A stretch of DNA of 63,993 bases, the filler included, from Streblomastix strix (Eukaryota): the NCBI GenBank assembly GCA_008636045.1. It is 4 parts of 4 records of this genome, joined end to end, with 100 filler letters (N's around TTAATTAATTAA, not from the genome) between each part and the next. Parts side by side here need not be neighbours in the genome. Positions count along the whole stretch, not along the records: positions 1 to 16,049 come from SNRW01000880.1; 3 more parts are not named here. The stretch is one strand, 5' to 3'. The position numbers were made by a program, and so were the translations under genes. Position 1 is the first letter of the stretch; each line of letters starts with the position of its first letter. The notes beneath the pieces were generated by a model. That model searched no databases and was not told the DNA's origin. It worked only from the letters and a program-made list of their open reading frames with translations. This document shows positions 1-13,933 of this stretch, piece by piece.

Positions 1-789
1 TGAAATGATATTTTCAGTCAAGAAAGATGACATTTTCCATAGACACGATTTTTACGAGCAGGTTTTCCAACAGCATACTAATAATTTGCTTTGGAAATAT
101 ATTTATTTTCATTTTACTACATATTTAAAGCATATTTCATAACAATTAACAATTATTTTTACTTAACTGCTTCAGAGCGTATGCGAGAAATTACTGACAT
201 TATATGCATATTTCTGCTTGATCTACATGTCCATATACATTGAAAATAATATATGTTTTATAGATATATTTTAAATTTGATTTAATAATTTAATTACATA
301 TTTTTAAATATTATCTATCAAGAAACTCGATTTGTTAGAAAAAATTATCGCTATGATCGATCCATTTTTACGAAACTATTAATTTCTACTTTTTTGAATT
401 TATTATTGTAATACGCATCAAATATACGTGAATTTAATAAATTATTATTATTTTAAAGAATCGAACTTTTTTTTCTAATTTTCTGTTACAACTTTGTTCC
501 TGATAACATTTAAATCTATTTGTAAATATATTTTATTTTATTTCCTTCAATAACCTAAGTTTCGAGAAAATAGAACATATTTAAACAATTAGATATGTCA
601 GACAACATCAAAATTTTTCTCCCGATCCAGGGATTACTGAATATTCAAATACCTTGAAATAACTTAATTTGAGTGGGGGACCTCATAATTTCTAACTCAT
701 TTTAAGTATTTTCTCCTCTAAATGTATTTCGCTTTTTCTCAAAATACCTAGCCGGACTAAAAGGTGAAAGCCCAGATTTTCACCCAATA

Positions 790-1290
790 TTTAGTCAACA
801 GAGCTAAGATTGAAACAAATGAATTATTTGCAGATTATGCATTATAAGATAAGATTGCATTATATTTGAAGATATCATTGGAAGGAACAGATGAATTAAA
901 GAAAGAAATTTTAAACAATTAAGAAAATGATTGTGAATTTCTAATAAAGAAATTTGAAGGTAAAGAATTTGATGAAGGAAGAAAGAAAGTTATTAAATCT
1001 GGAATAATAGAAGATTTTTTATATATATTTGAGAAGAGAAGTTAAAATTAATATCAAGAACATTTTCGTAAGTATTCTTTCAATTAACAATTCATTGCAG
1101 TGATGAAGTTAAATAACTTATATACGCAAAGAACCTTTATCCGGGACTATTAAGATTATTGAATCATTCAGATATTTATGTTGTTAATTATGGAATTGCT
1201 TCTACTTATGACATCCTTCTTGGTGGATTATTTACAACACCAAGTAATTCACCTCATCCATATTATGATACAATGTAGAAATATGGAGAA
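790..1290 (+). pseudogene. Host ARM-like repeat family gene fragment (mirror at 14760-15260)
   Basis: TAR=Gln translation LEGTDELKKEIL...SGIIEDFLYIFE...YPGLLRLLNHSD...PHPYYD matches the repeat units at 59.4-60.9 kb. Confidence 0.6.
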
Positions 1291-2116
1291 ATGTTTCAAG
1301 ATTGCTTATTAAAGGATTTTCATATAATGAAGGTAAAATATTACGAATGAATATTATAAATAAATAATAATTCTTTTATGAATTATTATCAATATTATAA
1401 TTTAGTTAACAAGATTATGAGTCCATTATATGAAAAGACAGGTAATTAATTATGAAATGATCGATATTTGTATTAAAGTAATTGATAATAATATCAAAAT
1501 AATATTTAATAAAATTAAAAGTTCATTATAAAGAAATGAATAAATGATAATAAAGAAAGATGATAATAATTTAATTGATCATTATTAATAAAAACTTTCA
1601 AGAACTGTTAAGATTGTAGAATTATTAGAATTTAAATATTTTAATAATATTGATGATATTATTAATAAATTATTTCATGAAAGAATTGCTCCATTATTAC
1701 ATATCAATTGTCCATCAGAATTAAACTGTCAATATAATATTTCAATTCCATATTCATCTGCATTATAGTAATTATAAGTATCTGATTATATAATTATTAG
1801 AAATGCATCTAATAATTATTATAATTTCAAGTAATTTATTGTGTTTGAACATTACATTCTTCAACATCTAACTCAAACAAATACAAATAATAACAATCGC
1901 ATTAATTAATAATAATTACTCATATATCCTTCTCCAATAATTTTTTCGTTAGCTTTATATACATTAAATAATATATTTTCTGATTCTCATTCTTCTGATT
2001 ATGTAAAATAATATTCTACAAATTAGAATATATCATTATTCATCTAAATCTATAAGAAATAATTATATTAACAAACAAACCCAAATAATAAATAAATATA
2101 ATCAGATATAATAATC

Positions 2117-5053
2117 TATTAAAGAACATATCAATTAAGTAATCAAAGGGCTCAATCATTAAGCGAGTATCTTAGAGGTTGTAGTGTCGGAGGTATTCCC
2201 ATCTATTCGAATAATTCTTTGCGATAGCCAAATAATTTAAATATTTTTCTTGACTTATTTTTTTATTTTTAATTGTATTATTAAATGCTTCTTAAGGAAA
2301 TGGTTAAGGACTATTTAATATTTCATAGTAATTGTCATAGTTGATGAATTCATATGGAAATTTTAATTTGGTTGGAATTTCTGATTTTTCCGTTGTTGCT
2401 GTCTTTGGTGTGAAATCTTTAATGAATTATTTTAATTTCATTTTTGTAGAATAAATTATCGTATTGATGAATCTTAATTTGATTCATGTTATGTCTTGTT
2501 TTACAATGATTTGTTTAGCATTTGAACCACTACCGAGATATTTAGTTATTTACCATTTATCGCTTTATAATTATTTAAGAATTAATGCGACATCAAACTT
2601 TGAAGAGTTGAAGCCAATTACCGGTACCTCATAATGCTATGGTATCGTCTCATCTTCATATTTGTTTGAATCAATAACTTTTCTAGCTTTCTTAAACAAT
2701 TATTTTATCCATATATTAGTAAAGTTAGCGGTTCATATGTCAAAGTAAATAGAATAAATTTAAATAATGTTTTAATTTTTTTAATTTTGTATTTTTATTG
2801 AACTTGCAATCGAAAGGGGTTCATGTATTGATTTTTATTTTGAATTATCGCCGAATTTTTCATTAATAATTCCTTCAACGGTTTCAATATCATAAGTGAT
2901 ATAATATTTAATAGGTTTAAATTCATCCTCTCGACCATGTACCAGAAGATACTTATAGCTAACATTAATCAATATATGAGGAACGTAAGGTCTTGGAAAT
3001 TATTCTAAATATACTTTTTTACTATCTTTCCTCCATTTTTTTAACATTTTTATATGTGTCTTTTTAGTTTTGACTACAAATTTGAATCTTTGGTCTTATA
3101 AGCCTACACACCACAGATAGGACAATATTTTAAACCAGTCGGTGCCTCAACATCATTTATATAAAAAACGTGAGCTGTTTGTAGTTCGTTGATTGTGTCA
3201 GTAATTAAAAGTCTATTAAATTCTTTTGTTTATTCGTTCTGTTCGTTTCTTCTATATTGCTTTCATAGATAATAACTGCTCGAAGAGCTGCCAGTTTCTA
3301 CCGTTGATTCTTTATAAGCGAATACATTTATATTTAAATTTTCATTCTAAATAAATTAATCTGCTTCTGTTGCGAAATTAAACCCATTATAATTATCATC
3401 TATTTTCTTGCCATAGATTCTTTAAAATAATCATTTAGCTTCTGCGATACGTGAATGTTCCTTATAACGCTTGGCTGCCACTGAACCCTCAGCCTTAATA
3501 TCTGGCATAGTGATTAATGAATACGCTAGAAAGAAACATAAATTTTTTTTTCGGGGTCAATATATCTTATCTAACGCCTTGCGATATGATTCTTTAATGA
3601 TAGTATTGTTCGACTGCCATCTCCAGCGTGTGGTAGTCTAAACATCTGAATCATTATTGAAAATGTACCGATTATTTTCTCTTTAGTGGCCATAATGGTT
3701 TTCTCTTTCATTTAAATTGTGTGGTTTCTAATGAATCTTTTTTAATCTTCTAAATTTAAGTGAGTGCGTATTGTTGTCTGTGCTCTCATCTCTGTTCTAG
3801 CTTCAAAAGGATGATTAGTTTTATATGTTATTTGTTATTCATTTTCTTAACCATCAACTCGTTCAATAATTACTTCAAAATTAAACGCAATTTTGAATGC
3901 AAGTTTTTATTTTCGCTAATATATTTCATCTAAATAAGCATCAACATCTTCAATTGTTTTTAAATTATTTTGCAATACTCTTTTATAGAGCTGATTGTAT
4001 GAGCATAAAATGGGTCATATTTTACATGTTAATTTTATAAATATTTTCGCTCAAAATTTATTCTTCTTTCATATTGTTATTCGAGTTGTGGCTCACATAA
4101 CATAATCGTACTTTGCGAAGCCTTATAAGTATCAATTGGCCTAAAATTTTTGCCTTTATTTTTATCGTTAAATTCTCACATTTCATGTTTAACACAATTT
4201 TGAACACATCTTCATTTAATTTTTATTTAAGATTTATTTTTTATTCTTTTATTTCTTTTTACAGATTTGCATGTCTCTCTCGTTAACCTTCTATTATTTG
4301 CTCCCATTATTAATTGTGCTGTTTGCTCCATTCGTCTTAAGCGTTCATATGCTATATGTTAATCTATTCTTGCATAAATTATTTAGCATAGGCATAGCTG
4401 ATAATTTATTCGTCTTGAATGCCTTAGTGAATGTCTTACCTGATTCGTCTTGCAAATGGTTCCGATTGTTATATTACATTTCGAACTATATCTCTATTAT
4501 TTCTACAGTTTTTCAATCTTATTTCATCTAAAATTTTTGAAAATTAAGACCTTAATTCATTAGCATTTATTTTCTATTATATTTAAGAATCATATAAAGA
4601 CATTAATTCTCTTATAATTTAAGGTATTAATTTTTTATGTCTAAAATCCATTTGATAATCTTGAATAAGCGGAAGTTGGTATCGTTGTTACGATCATTGT
4701 TCCATTTATAATTCTAGTGATAGTTAATAATTGCGTGCTTGCATCAATCCAATATAATCTTACATTTATATTAATTATTATTATCATTTGGCATTTTATG
4801 ATTCAGATGATGGCTAATAATTACGTGCTTACATCTACGCAATATATACTTACATTTATTTCAATTTTTATTATTATGTCAATAATTCAGGTATTGGTTA
4901 ATAATCTCATACTTAAGCCTATCCTATATAATCTTACATTTAAGTCTTTTATTATTATATTGTTATTAGTGTTGGTATTTGTGGAGGCACAATCTGAGGT
5001 ACATTTGGAGGTAAACATCCTCATTACGAGTATTACCTCTATCTATCTGTCAT
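2117..5053 (-). pseudogene. Mirror copy of the truncated protein-primed DNA polymerase B
   Basis: Reverse complement of 10997-13933. Confidence 0.85.
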
Positions 5054-5154
5054 TTAAATAAATTAAAAAAAAATAATTATTATATTAGTTGAGAGCATTA
5101 TGTCGAAACATTAATGAAATATTCGAAAATGGCATGATAATTTGGTTTGAGTAA

Positions 5155-5250
5155 TTAATAACTTTTAATTGCACCGAGTACATCGAGTGCATCGAGTCAG
5201 AAACTTTCATAAAAAGCTATGGCAAACTAGACCGCTGGCCAGAAGTGAGA
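5155..5250 (-). repeat. Bipartite module-boundary repeat (mirror of 10800-10895)
   Basis: GCACCGAGTACATCGAGTGCATCGAGTCAGAAACTTTCAT...GGCCAGAAGTGAGA. Confidence 0.85.
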
Positions 5251-5271
5251 AAAATATATTGATTATTGAAA

Positions 5272-6363
5272 TCATTGGAATTTATATTTAGCTAAATCGA
5301 AACCTCATATTTATTGCTATCTATATGCTATACGTTAGCCATAATATTACATTGCTTATCCAAGTTATTGAATAATGGTAGTTTTGGTTTATCCATCAGT
5401 ATATATTGAAGCAATAATGGCAGGTAGTTCTTTCTTATATACTCTTTTAGCAAAAGGTAAATATTCATAATTTCATAATTTTACTTTTGTATAATTATTT
5501 CTGTTATATAGGTCTATTTTTCCATCTTATGCCCCTAATAATGCAACAGCAGGATTAATAAATACTGAATTCCAAACTTTTGTCATTATTTATTATTTGG
5601 TAACAATTGGTAATTATTAGCTTCCATTATCGTTTATAAACTTTTTGCTTCGACTGTACTTGTATTGAAACTGTTTGCTTTTATTTCTCATACTCTATGA
5701 GGCTTAGATATTGATTGCGAATTCATATAAGGACCGCTTTTTATTCCTAATGCTTATATTTTGACCTCCAACGCTATTCGTTCCAAATCATTAACATTTA
5801 TATAATATTTTTCTTCTTATTTCGTTTATGTTAATGCTCTGGGTCGCCAAATTCTACTGCTGTTGTATAACCATCGAATGAATAAACTGCATTCTTTTTC
5901 TTATCATAAACAACCACACTATCTGGAATTTCAACATTATCATCTAAATCTTATTCACTTAAAACAAATCAATTACATAAATGTTTGTCATTAATATATT
6001 TTCGAGCGCTGACGGTGGATGATAACCGGTTAATTTTCTTAATATATCTATTTAAATAACCAAAGAGTGTTGCAAAGGCATCACCTGCATCATTTTCATT
6101 TATGGTACCGCATGAATTCTTGTTCTTTGAATAAGTGATGGATAAAACGGCAGTGTTCCAAAATACTTTGCTCTTGCTTTTATTCTGTCATTTCTTGCAG
6201 CTTGCGATTCGTAATAATCGTAATCATCTTCTTCACCGTCAATTTCCATCAAACGTCCTTATACGTCAACTCCTTAGCTTCTTTCTTACATAAATTCTCT
6301 TCTTGCTTTTGTTTCTTCCTAATCAACTATTTATTGAATTTTTTATTCTGTTAATTCTGACAT
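5272..6363 (-). pseudogene. Mirror copy of the conserved hypothetical viral gene
   Basis: Reverse complement of 9687-10778. Confidence 0.7.
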
Positions 6364-6404
6364 TTTATTTCTTACTGATAAAAAATATGTTTTAATATAT
6401 GAAA

Positions 6405-7192
6405 ATGGCGAGTTTCATATAAAAAGTAGATAGCATGTTAATAGAAACAAAAGAGAATAAGCACGAGATTTAAACAATTATTCATTAGAAATTAAATTTT
6501 ACATATAATTCTATAAATTTATTGATTGATTATCGTGGTAGTGGTAAGACATGCAATGTCTTCAAAGAGTTAATTAAATTAAGCGAATTAAAAAAGCATT
6601 GTTATGAACTGTGCATATACGTCAACGACTCAATTTATGACACCATTTATAAAAAATTGAAGGATTTAATTAAAATTTCAACTAAAATTGTTCCATACCT
6701 AAATCAGTTTAAGTGTAAAATGATTTGATTGAATGTAAGTAAGCGAACGATGAAATATAAGAAAAATAATTATAAAAAGAACTAACAGAAGAATCAAAGG
6801 ATGATAAATTAATTAATGTATTTGGTGCTAGTGGAGAAGATAATTTTAACATTAAATTTCCTCATACTATTGTTTTATTTGGTGACGCAATTAGCATTTT
6901 AAAAATAAAAATATTCCACTGTTTTAAGAAGCCATTTAAGAGTAGATAGTCCAGAATAATATACTTTCTTTGTTTTTTAGACATAAATGGTTTAGATGCT
7001 GCTATTAAATCAAATCTTGATTCATTATGGTTCATCGGGTCATTTAATAGTTTAAAATTTAATTAATTTTTCTATTAATCTTTTATTCCTTCAGATAAAT
7101 AAGCAATATGATATGAGTACGTACGACTAAATGAGTAATAAGTATCAGTGGAATAATATGAGATGAGTGGAACAGTTGTTAAAATTATTTGA
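6405..7192 (+). pseudogene. A32/FtsK-like DNA packaging ATPase, frameshifted (mirror copy)
   Basis: Walker A YRGSGKT, decayed Walker B IVLFGD, SRQSRIIYFLC motif; homologous to 38116-38907. Confidence 0.85.
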
Positions 7193-7204
7193 GATACTAA
7201 TGTT

Positions 7205-7292
7205 TTGGCCATTTGTCCAGTTTGCCACTGTTTCTTATTAAAGTTTCCGACACGATGCACTCGATGCTCTCGATGCAGTTAAATGTCATTCA
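7205..7292 (+). repeat. Bipartite module-boundary repeat (mirror of 8758-8845)
   Basis: TGGCCATT TGTCCAGT TTGCCACT...TAAAGTTTCCG ACACGATGC ACTCGATGC TCTCGATGC...GTCATTCA. Confidence 0.85.
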
Positions 7293-8757
7293 TTTCAATG
7301 CTTAAATCAAATGGTTCAGAACATCCAAGAACTAGTCTAATTTATACTGAATCCTATTTAATTAATCATTAGCATAAGTTCTTATACATACTTGACCTTC
7401 ATTTTTTTGACAAATTATTATTAACAATCTAATGTAGTTGAATAATAAACTGTTGATCCAACATTTAGATGCCAATCATAAAACTTTTCATTCAATTAAT
7501 GATCTGGATAAATTAGTTGATTATGACATAAGAATTAATGATTGGAGATGAATAATTAATTTTTTATAATAAAATGATGAGAAACACTTTTATTCCAAAA
7601 TTATCTGATTTTAATTTGTAATTTTATTAAGTTCAAAATAATAATAAATGTTTGAATAATTTCAAAAATTATAGTTTCAATTGTTTAATATTAATCAATA
7701 ATCAACATAAAAATTATAATCGCATTTTCAAATTATTCAAAAATCAAACAAATATTTAATAATGCTATTTAAAAAATATCTATTCGAGTAATCCAGCGGT
7801 TTAAACATGGAGGTTTGTACCTCCATCTTTCTGCTCAAAATTTCGGCAATTTGTTATCCAAAGCTTTTACGTATCCTGTCATTTTTAATTTTGGAATATG
7901 GAGTTGATCAAAAAAATATTTTTGAATGGTATTTACCAAATTAAATCCAAAGATTCAACATATTTCTAATCAAATCAAAAAATATATATTTGTTCTGATA
8001 ATCAAATTGGATCGCTAAAAAGAGCTGTTCCAACAACAACAGCATCATTCTGGCTTTCTAACTTTGCACATTTTATAGACGTTATAATTCTCAAATGCAT
8101 TTATAAATAGTTGAGTAAGCATCACTTGTGTTTCTGAAAGTTCTAAGAAGATGATGATTCTTTCCTGTTGTGTTGTTAGGTCAAGGTTTGATTGAAGAAA
8201 TCTTGATCCAAAATATTTTTTATATATTTTATTTGAAAAACCTTAAACTTCTGTTTATGAAATTGAATAGATATTTTTTAAATAGCATTATTAAATATTT
8301 GTTTGATTTTTGAATAATTTGAAAATGCGATTATAATTTTTATGTTGATTATTGATTAATATTAAACAATTGAAACTATAATTTTTGAAATTATTCAAAC
8401 ATTTATTATTATTTTGAACTTAATAAAATTACAAATTAAAATCAGATAATTTTGGAATAAAAGTGTTTCTCATCATTTTATTATAAAAAATTAATTATTC
8501 ATCTCCAATCATTAATTCTTATGTCATAATCAACTAATTTATCCAGATCATTAATTGAATGAAAAGTTTTATGATTGGCATCTAAATGTTGGATCAACAG
8601 TTTATTATTCAACTACATTAGATTGTTAATAATAATTTGTCAAAAAAATGAAGGTCAAGTATGTATAAGAACTTATGCTAATGATTAATTAAATAGGATT
8701 CAGTATAAATTAGACTAGTTCTTGGATGTTCTGAACCATTTGATTTAAGCATTGAAA

Positions 8758-8845
8758 TGAATGACATTTAACTGCATCGAGAGCATCGAGTGCATCGTGT
8801 CGGAAACTTTAATAAGAAACAGTGGCAAACTGGACAAATGGCCAA
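8758..8845 (-). repeat. Bipartite module-boundary repeat
   Basis: TGAATGACATTTAACTGCATCGAGAGCATCGAGTGCATCGTGTCGGAAACTTTAAT...GGCAAACTGGACAAATGGCCA. Confidence 0.85.
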
Positions 8846-8857
8846 AACATTAGTATC

Positions 8858-9645
8858 TCAAATAATTTTAACAACTGTTCCACTCATCTCATATTATTCC
8901 ACTGATACTTATTACTCATTTAGTCGTACGTACTCATATCATATTGCTTATTTATCTGAAGGAATAAAAGATTAATAGAAAAATTAATTAAATTTTAAAC
9001 TATTAAATGACCCGATGAACCATAATGAATCAAGATTTGATTTAATAGCAGCATCTAAACCATTTATGTCTAAAAAACAAAGAAAGTATATTATTCTGGA
9101 CTATCTACTCTTAAATGGCTTCTTAAAACAGTGGAATATTTTTATTTTTAAAATGCTAATTGCGTCACCAAATAAAACAATAGTATGAGGAAATTTAATG
9201 TTAAAATTATCTTCTCCACTAGCACCAAATACATTAATTAATTTATCATCCTTTGATTCTTCTGTTAGTTCTTTTTATAATTATTTTTCTTATATTTCAT
9301 CGTTCGCTTACTTACATTCAATCAAATCATTTTACACTTAAACTGATTTAGGTATGGAACAATTTTAGTTGAAATTTTAATTAAATCCTTCAATTTTTTA
9401 TAAATGGTGTCATAAATTGAGTCGTTGACGTATATGCACAGTTCATAACAATGCTTTTTTAATTCGCTTAATTTAATTAACTCTTTGAAGACATTGCATG
9501 TCTTACCACTACCACGATAATCAATCAATAAATTTATAGAATTATATGTAAAATTTAATTTCTAATGAATAATTGTTTAAATCTCGTGCTTATTCTCTTT
9601 TGTTTCTATTAACATGCTATCTACTTTTTATATGAAACTCGCCAT
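8858..9645 (-). pseudogene. A32/FtsK-like DNA packaging ATPase, frameshifted
   Basis: RGSGKT Walker A is visible in track ORF 9322..9528. Starts MASF and ends SGTVVKII*. Confidence 0.85.
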
Positions 9646-9686
9646 TTTCATATATTAAAACATATTTTTTATCAGTAAGAAATAAA

Positions 9687-10778
9687 ATGTCAGAATTAAC
9701 AGAATAAAAAATTCAATAAATAGTTGATTAGGAAGAAACAAAAGCAAGAAGAGAATTTATGTAAGAAAGAAGCTAAGGAGTTGACGTATAAGGACGTTTG
9801 ATGGAAATTGACGGTGAAGAAGATGATTACGATTATTACGAATCGCAAGCTGCAAGAAATGACAGAATAAAAGCAAGAGCAAAGTATTTTGGAACACTGC
9901 CGTTTTATCCATCACTTATTCAAAGAACAAGAATTCATGCGGTACCATAAATGAAAATGATGCAGGTGATGCCTTTGCAACACTCTTTGGTTATTTAAAT
10001 AGATATATTAAGAAAATTAACCGGTTATCATCCACCGTCAGCGCTCGAAAATATATTAATGACAAACATTTATGTAATTGATTTGTTTTAAGTGAATAAG
10101 ATTTAGATGATAATGTTGAAATTCCAGATAGTGTGGTTGTTTATGATAAGAAAAAGAATGCAGTTTATTCATTCGATGGTTATACAACAGCAGTAGAATT
10201 TGGCGACCCAGAGCATTAACATAAACGAAATAAGAAGAAAAATATTATATAAATGTTAATGATTTGGAACGAATAGCGTTGGAGGTCAAAATATAAGCAT
10301 TAGGAATAAAAAGCGGTCCTTATATGAATTCGCAATCAATATCTAAGCCTCATAGAGTATGAGAAATAAAAGCAAACAGTTTCAATACAAGTACAGTCGA
10401 AGCAAAAAGTTTATAAACGATAATGGAAGCTAATAATTACCAATTGTTACCAAATAATAAATAATGACAAAAGTTTGGAATTCAGTATTTATTAATCCTG
10501 CTGTTGCATTATTAGGGGCATAAGATGGAAAAATAGACCTATATAACAGAAATAATTATACAAAAGTAAAATTATGAAATTATGAATATTTACCTTTTGC
10601 TAAAAGAGTATATAAGAAAGAACTACCTGCCATTATTGCTTCAATATATACTGATGGATAAACCAAAACTACCATTATTCAATAACTTGGATAAGCAATG
10701 TAATATTATGGCTAACGTATAGCATATAGATAGCAATAAATATGAGGTTTCGATTTAGCTAAATATAAATTCCAATGA
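9687..10778 (+). pseudogene. Conserved hypothetical viral gene (~360 codons), divergent from the ATPase
   Basis: MSELTEQKIQ...DDYDYYESQAAR...YSFDGYTTAVEFG...DLAKYKFQ*; homologous to 38951-40041. Confidence 0.7.
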
Positions 10779-10799
10779 TTTCAATAATCAATATATTTT

Positions 10800-10895
10800 T
10801 CTCACTTCTGGCCAGCGGTCTAGTTTGCCATAGCTTTTTATGAAAGTTTCTGACTCGATGCACTCGATGTACTCGGTGCAATTAAAAGTTATTAA
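10800..10895 (+). repeat. Bipartite module-boundary repeat
   Basis: TGGCCAGC GGTCTAGT TTGCCATA GCTTTTTATGAAAGTTTCTG ACTCGATGC ACTCGATGT ACTCGGTGC AATTAAAAGTT. Confidence 0.9.
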
Positions 10896-10996
10896 TTACT
10901 CAAACCAAATTATCATGCCATTTTCGAATATTTCATTAATGTTTCGACATAATGCTCTCAACTAATATAATAATTATTTTTTTTTAATTTATTTAA

Positions 10997-13933
10997 ATGA
11001 CAGATAGATAGAGGTAATACTCGTAATGAGGATGTTTACCTCCAAATGTACCTCAGATTGTGCCTCCACAAATACCAACACTAATAACAATATAATAATA
11101 AAAGACTTAAATGTAAGATTATATAGGATAGGCTTAAGTATGAGATTATTAACCAATACCTGAATTATTGACATAATAATAAAAATTGAAATAAATGTAA
11201 GTATATATTGCGTAGATGTAAGCACGTAATTATTAGCCATCATCTGAATCATAAAATGCCAAATGATAATAATAATTAATATAAATGTAAGATTATATTG
11301 GATTGATGCAAGCACGCAATTATTAACTATCACTAGAATTATAAATGGAACAATGATCGTAACAACGATACCAACTTCCGCTTATTCAAGATTATCAAAT
11401 GGATTTTAGACATAAAAAATTAATACCTTAAATTATAAGAGAATTAATGTCTTTATATGATTCTTAAATATAATAGAAAATAAATGCTAATGAATTAAGG
11501 TCTTAATTTTCAAAAATTTTAGATGAAATAAGATTGAAAAACTGTAGAAATAATAGAGATATAGTTCGAAATGTAATATAACAATCGGAACCATTTGCAA
11601 GACGAATCAGGTAAGACATTCACTAAGGCATTCAAGACGAATAAATTATCAGCTATGCCTATGCTAAATAATTTATGCAAGAATAGATTAACATATAGCA
11701 TATGAACGCTTAAGACGAATGGAGCAAACAGCACAATTAATAATGGGAGCAAATAATAGAAGGTTAACGAGAGAGACATGCAAATCTGTAAAAAGAAATA
11801 AAAGAATAAAAAATAAATCTTAAATAAAAATTAAATGAAGATGTGTTCAAAATTGTGTTAAACATGAAATGTGAGAATTTAACGATAAAAATAAAGGCAA
11901 AAATTTTAGGCCAATTGATACTTATAAGGCTTCGCAAAGTACGATTATGTTATGTGAGCCACAACTCGAATAACAATATGAAAGAAGAATAAATTTTGAG
12001 CGAAAATATTTATAAAATTAACATGTAAAATATGACCCATTTTATGCTCATACAATCAGCTCTATAAAAGAGTATTGCAAAATAATTTAAAAACAATTGA
12101 AGATGTTGATGCTTATTTAGATGAAATATATTAGCGAAAATAAAAACTTGCATTCAAAATTGCGTTTAATTTTGAAGTAATTATTGAACGAGTTGATGGT
12201 TAAGAAAATGAATAACAAATAACATATAAAACTAATCATCCTTTTGAAGCTAGAACAGAGATGAGAGCACAGACAACAATACGCACTCACTTAAATTTAG
12301 AAGATTAAAAAAGATTCATTAGAAACCACACAATTTAAATGAAAGAGAAAACCATTATGGCCACTAAAGAGAAAATAATCGGTACATTTTCAATAATGAT
12401 TCAGATGTTTAGACTACCACACGCTGGAGATGGCAGTCGAACAATACTATCATTAAAGAATCATATCGCAAGGCGTTAGATAAGATATATTGACCCCGAA
12501 AAAAAAATTTATGTTTCTTTCTAGCGTATTCATTAATCACTATGCCAGATATTAAGGCTGAGGGTTCAGTGGCAGCCAAGCGTTATAAGGAACATTCACG
12601 TATCGCAGAAGCTAAATGATTATTTTAAAGAATCTATGGCAAGAAAATAGATGATAATTATAATGGGTTTAATTTCGCAACAGAAGCAGATTAATTTATT
12701 TAGAATGAAAATTTAAATATAAATGTATTCGCTTATAAAGAATCAACGGTAGAAACTGGCAGCTCTTCGAGCAGTTATTATCTATGAAAGCAATATAGAA
12801 GAAACGAACAGAACGAATAAACAAAAGAATTTAATAGACTTTTAATTACTGACACAATCAACGAACTACAAACAGCTCACGTTTTTTATATAAATGATGT
12901 TGAGGCACCGACTGGTTTAAAATATTGTCCTATCTGTGGTGTGTAGGCTTATAAGACCAAAGATTCAAATTTGTAGTCAAAACTAAAAAGACACATATAA
13001 AAATGTTAAAAAAATGGAGGAAAGATAGTAAAAAAGTATATTTAGAATAATTTCCAAGACCTTACGTTCCTCATATATTGATTAATGTTAGCTATAAGTA
13101 TCTTCTGGTACATGGTCGAGAGGATGAATTTAAACCTATTAAATATTATATCACTTATGATATTGAAACCGTTGAAGGAATTATTAATGAAAAATTCGGC
13201 GATAATTCAAAATAAAAATCAATACATGAACCCCTTTCGATTGCAAGTTCAATAAAAATACAAAATTAAAAAAATTAAAACATTATTTAAATTTATTCTA
13301 TTTACTTTGACATATGAACCGCTAACTTTACTAATATATGGATAAAATAATTGTTTAAGAAAGCTAGAAAAGTTATTGATTCAAACAAATATGAAGATGA
13401 GACGATACCATAGCATTATGAGGTACCGGTAATTGGCTTCAACTCTTCAAAGTTTGATGTCGCATTAATTCTTAAATAATTATAAAGCGATAAATGGTAA
13501 ATAACTAAATATCTCGGTAGTGGTTCAAATGCTAAACAAATCATTGTAAAACAAGACATAACATGAATCAAATTAAGATTCATCAATACGATAATTTATT
13601 CTACAAAAATGAAATTAAAATAATTCATTAAAGATTTCACACCAAAGACAGCAACAACGGAAAAATCAGAAATTCCAACCAAATTAAAATTTCCATATGA
13701 ATTCATCAACTATGACAATTACTATGAAATATTAAATAGTCCTTAACCATTTCCTTAAGAAGCATTTAATAATACAATTAAAAATAAAAAAATAAGTCAA
13801 GAAAAATATTTAAATTATTTGGCTATCGCAAAGAATTATTCGAATAGATGGGAATACCTCCGACACTACAACCTCTAAGATACTCGCTTAATGATTGAGC
13901 CCTTTGATTACTTAATTGATATGTTCTTTAATA
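10997..13933 (+). pseudogene. Protein-primed DNA polymerase B, N-terminal region and exonuclease domain only (truncated, frameshifted)
   Basis: ExoI YITYDIETVE (~13150), ExoII VIGFNSSKFDVALI (~13430), LKFPYEF, ExoIII YLRHYNLQDTRLM (~13855), CPIC...RHIQKC zinc motif. Confidence 0.85.

Larger units (their letters stand above)
1..7785 (+). repeat. Left arm of a giant inverted duplication (position i pairs with 16050-i)
   Basis: The contig start TGAAATGATATTTTCAG is the reverse complement of the contig end. ORF-track entries mirror exactly (4271..4531 with 11519..11779). Complementarity stops at 7785/8265. Confidence 0.97.
8625..13933 (+). mobile_element. Partial Polinton/Maverick-like endogenous virus (small-gene 3' end, repeat, ATPase, hypothetical gene, repeat, pPolB 5' part); mirrored at 2117-7425
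   Basis: Colinear nucleotide similarity to about 37880-42990. Homology breaks after GATATGTTCTTTAAT at about 13933. Confidence 0.88.
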
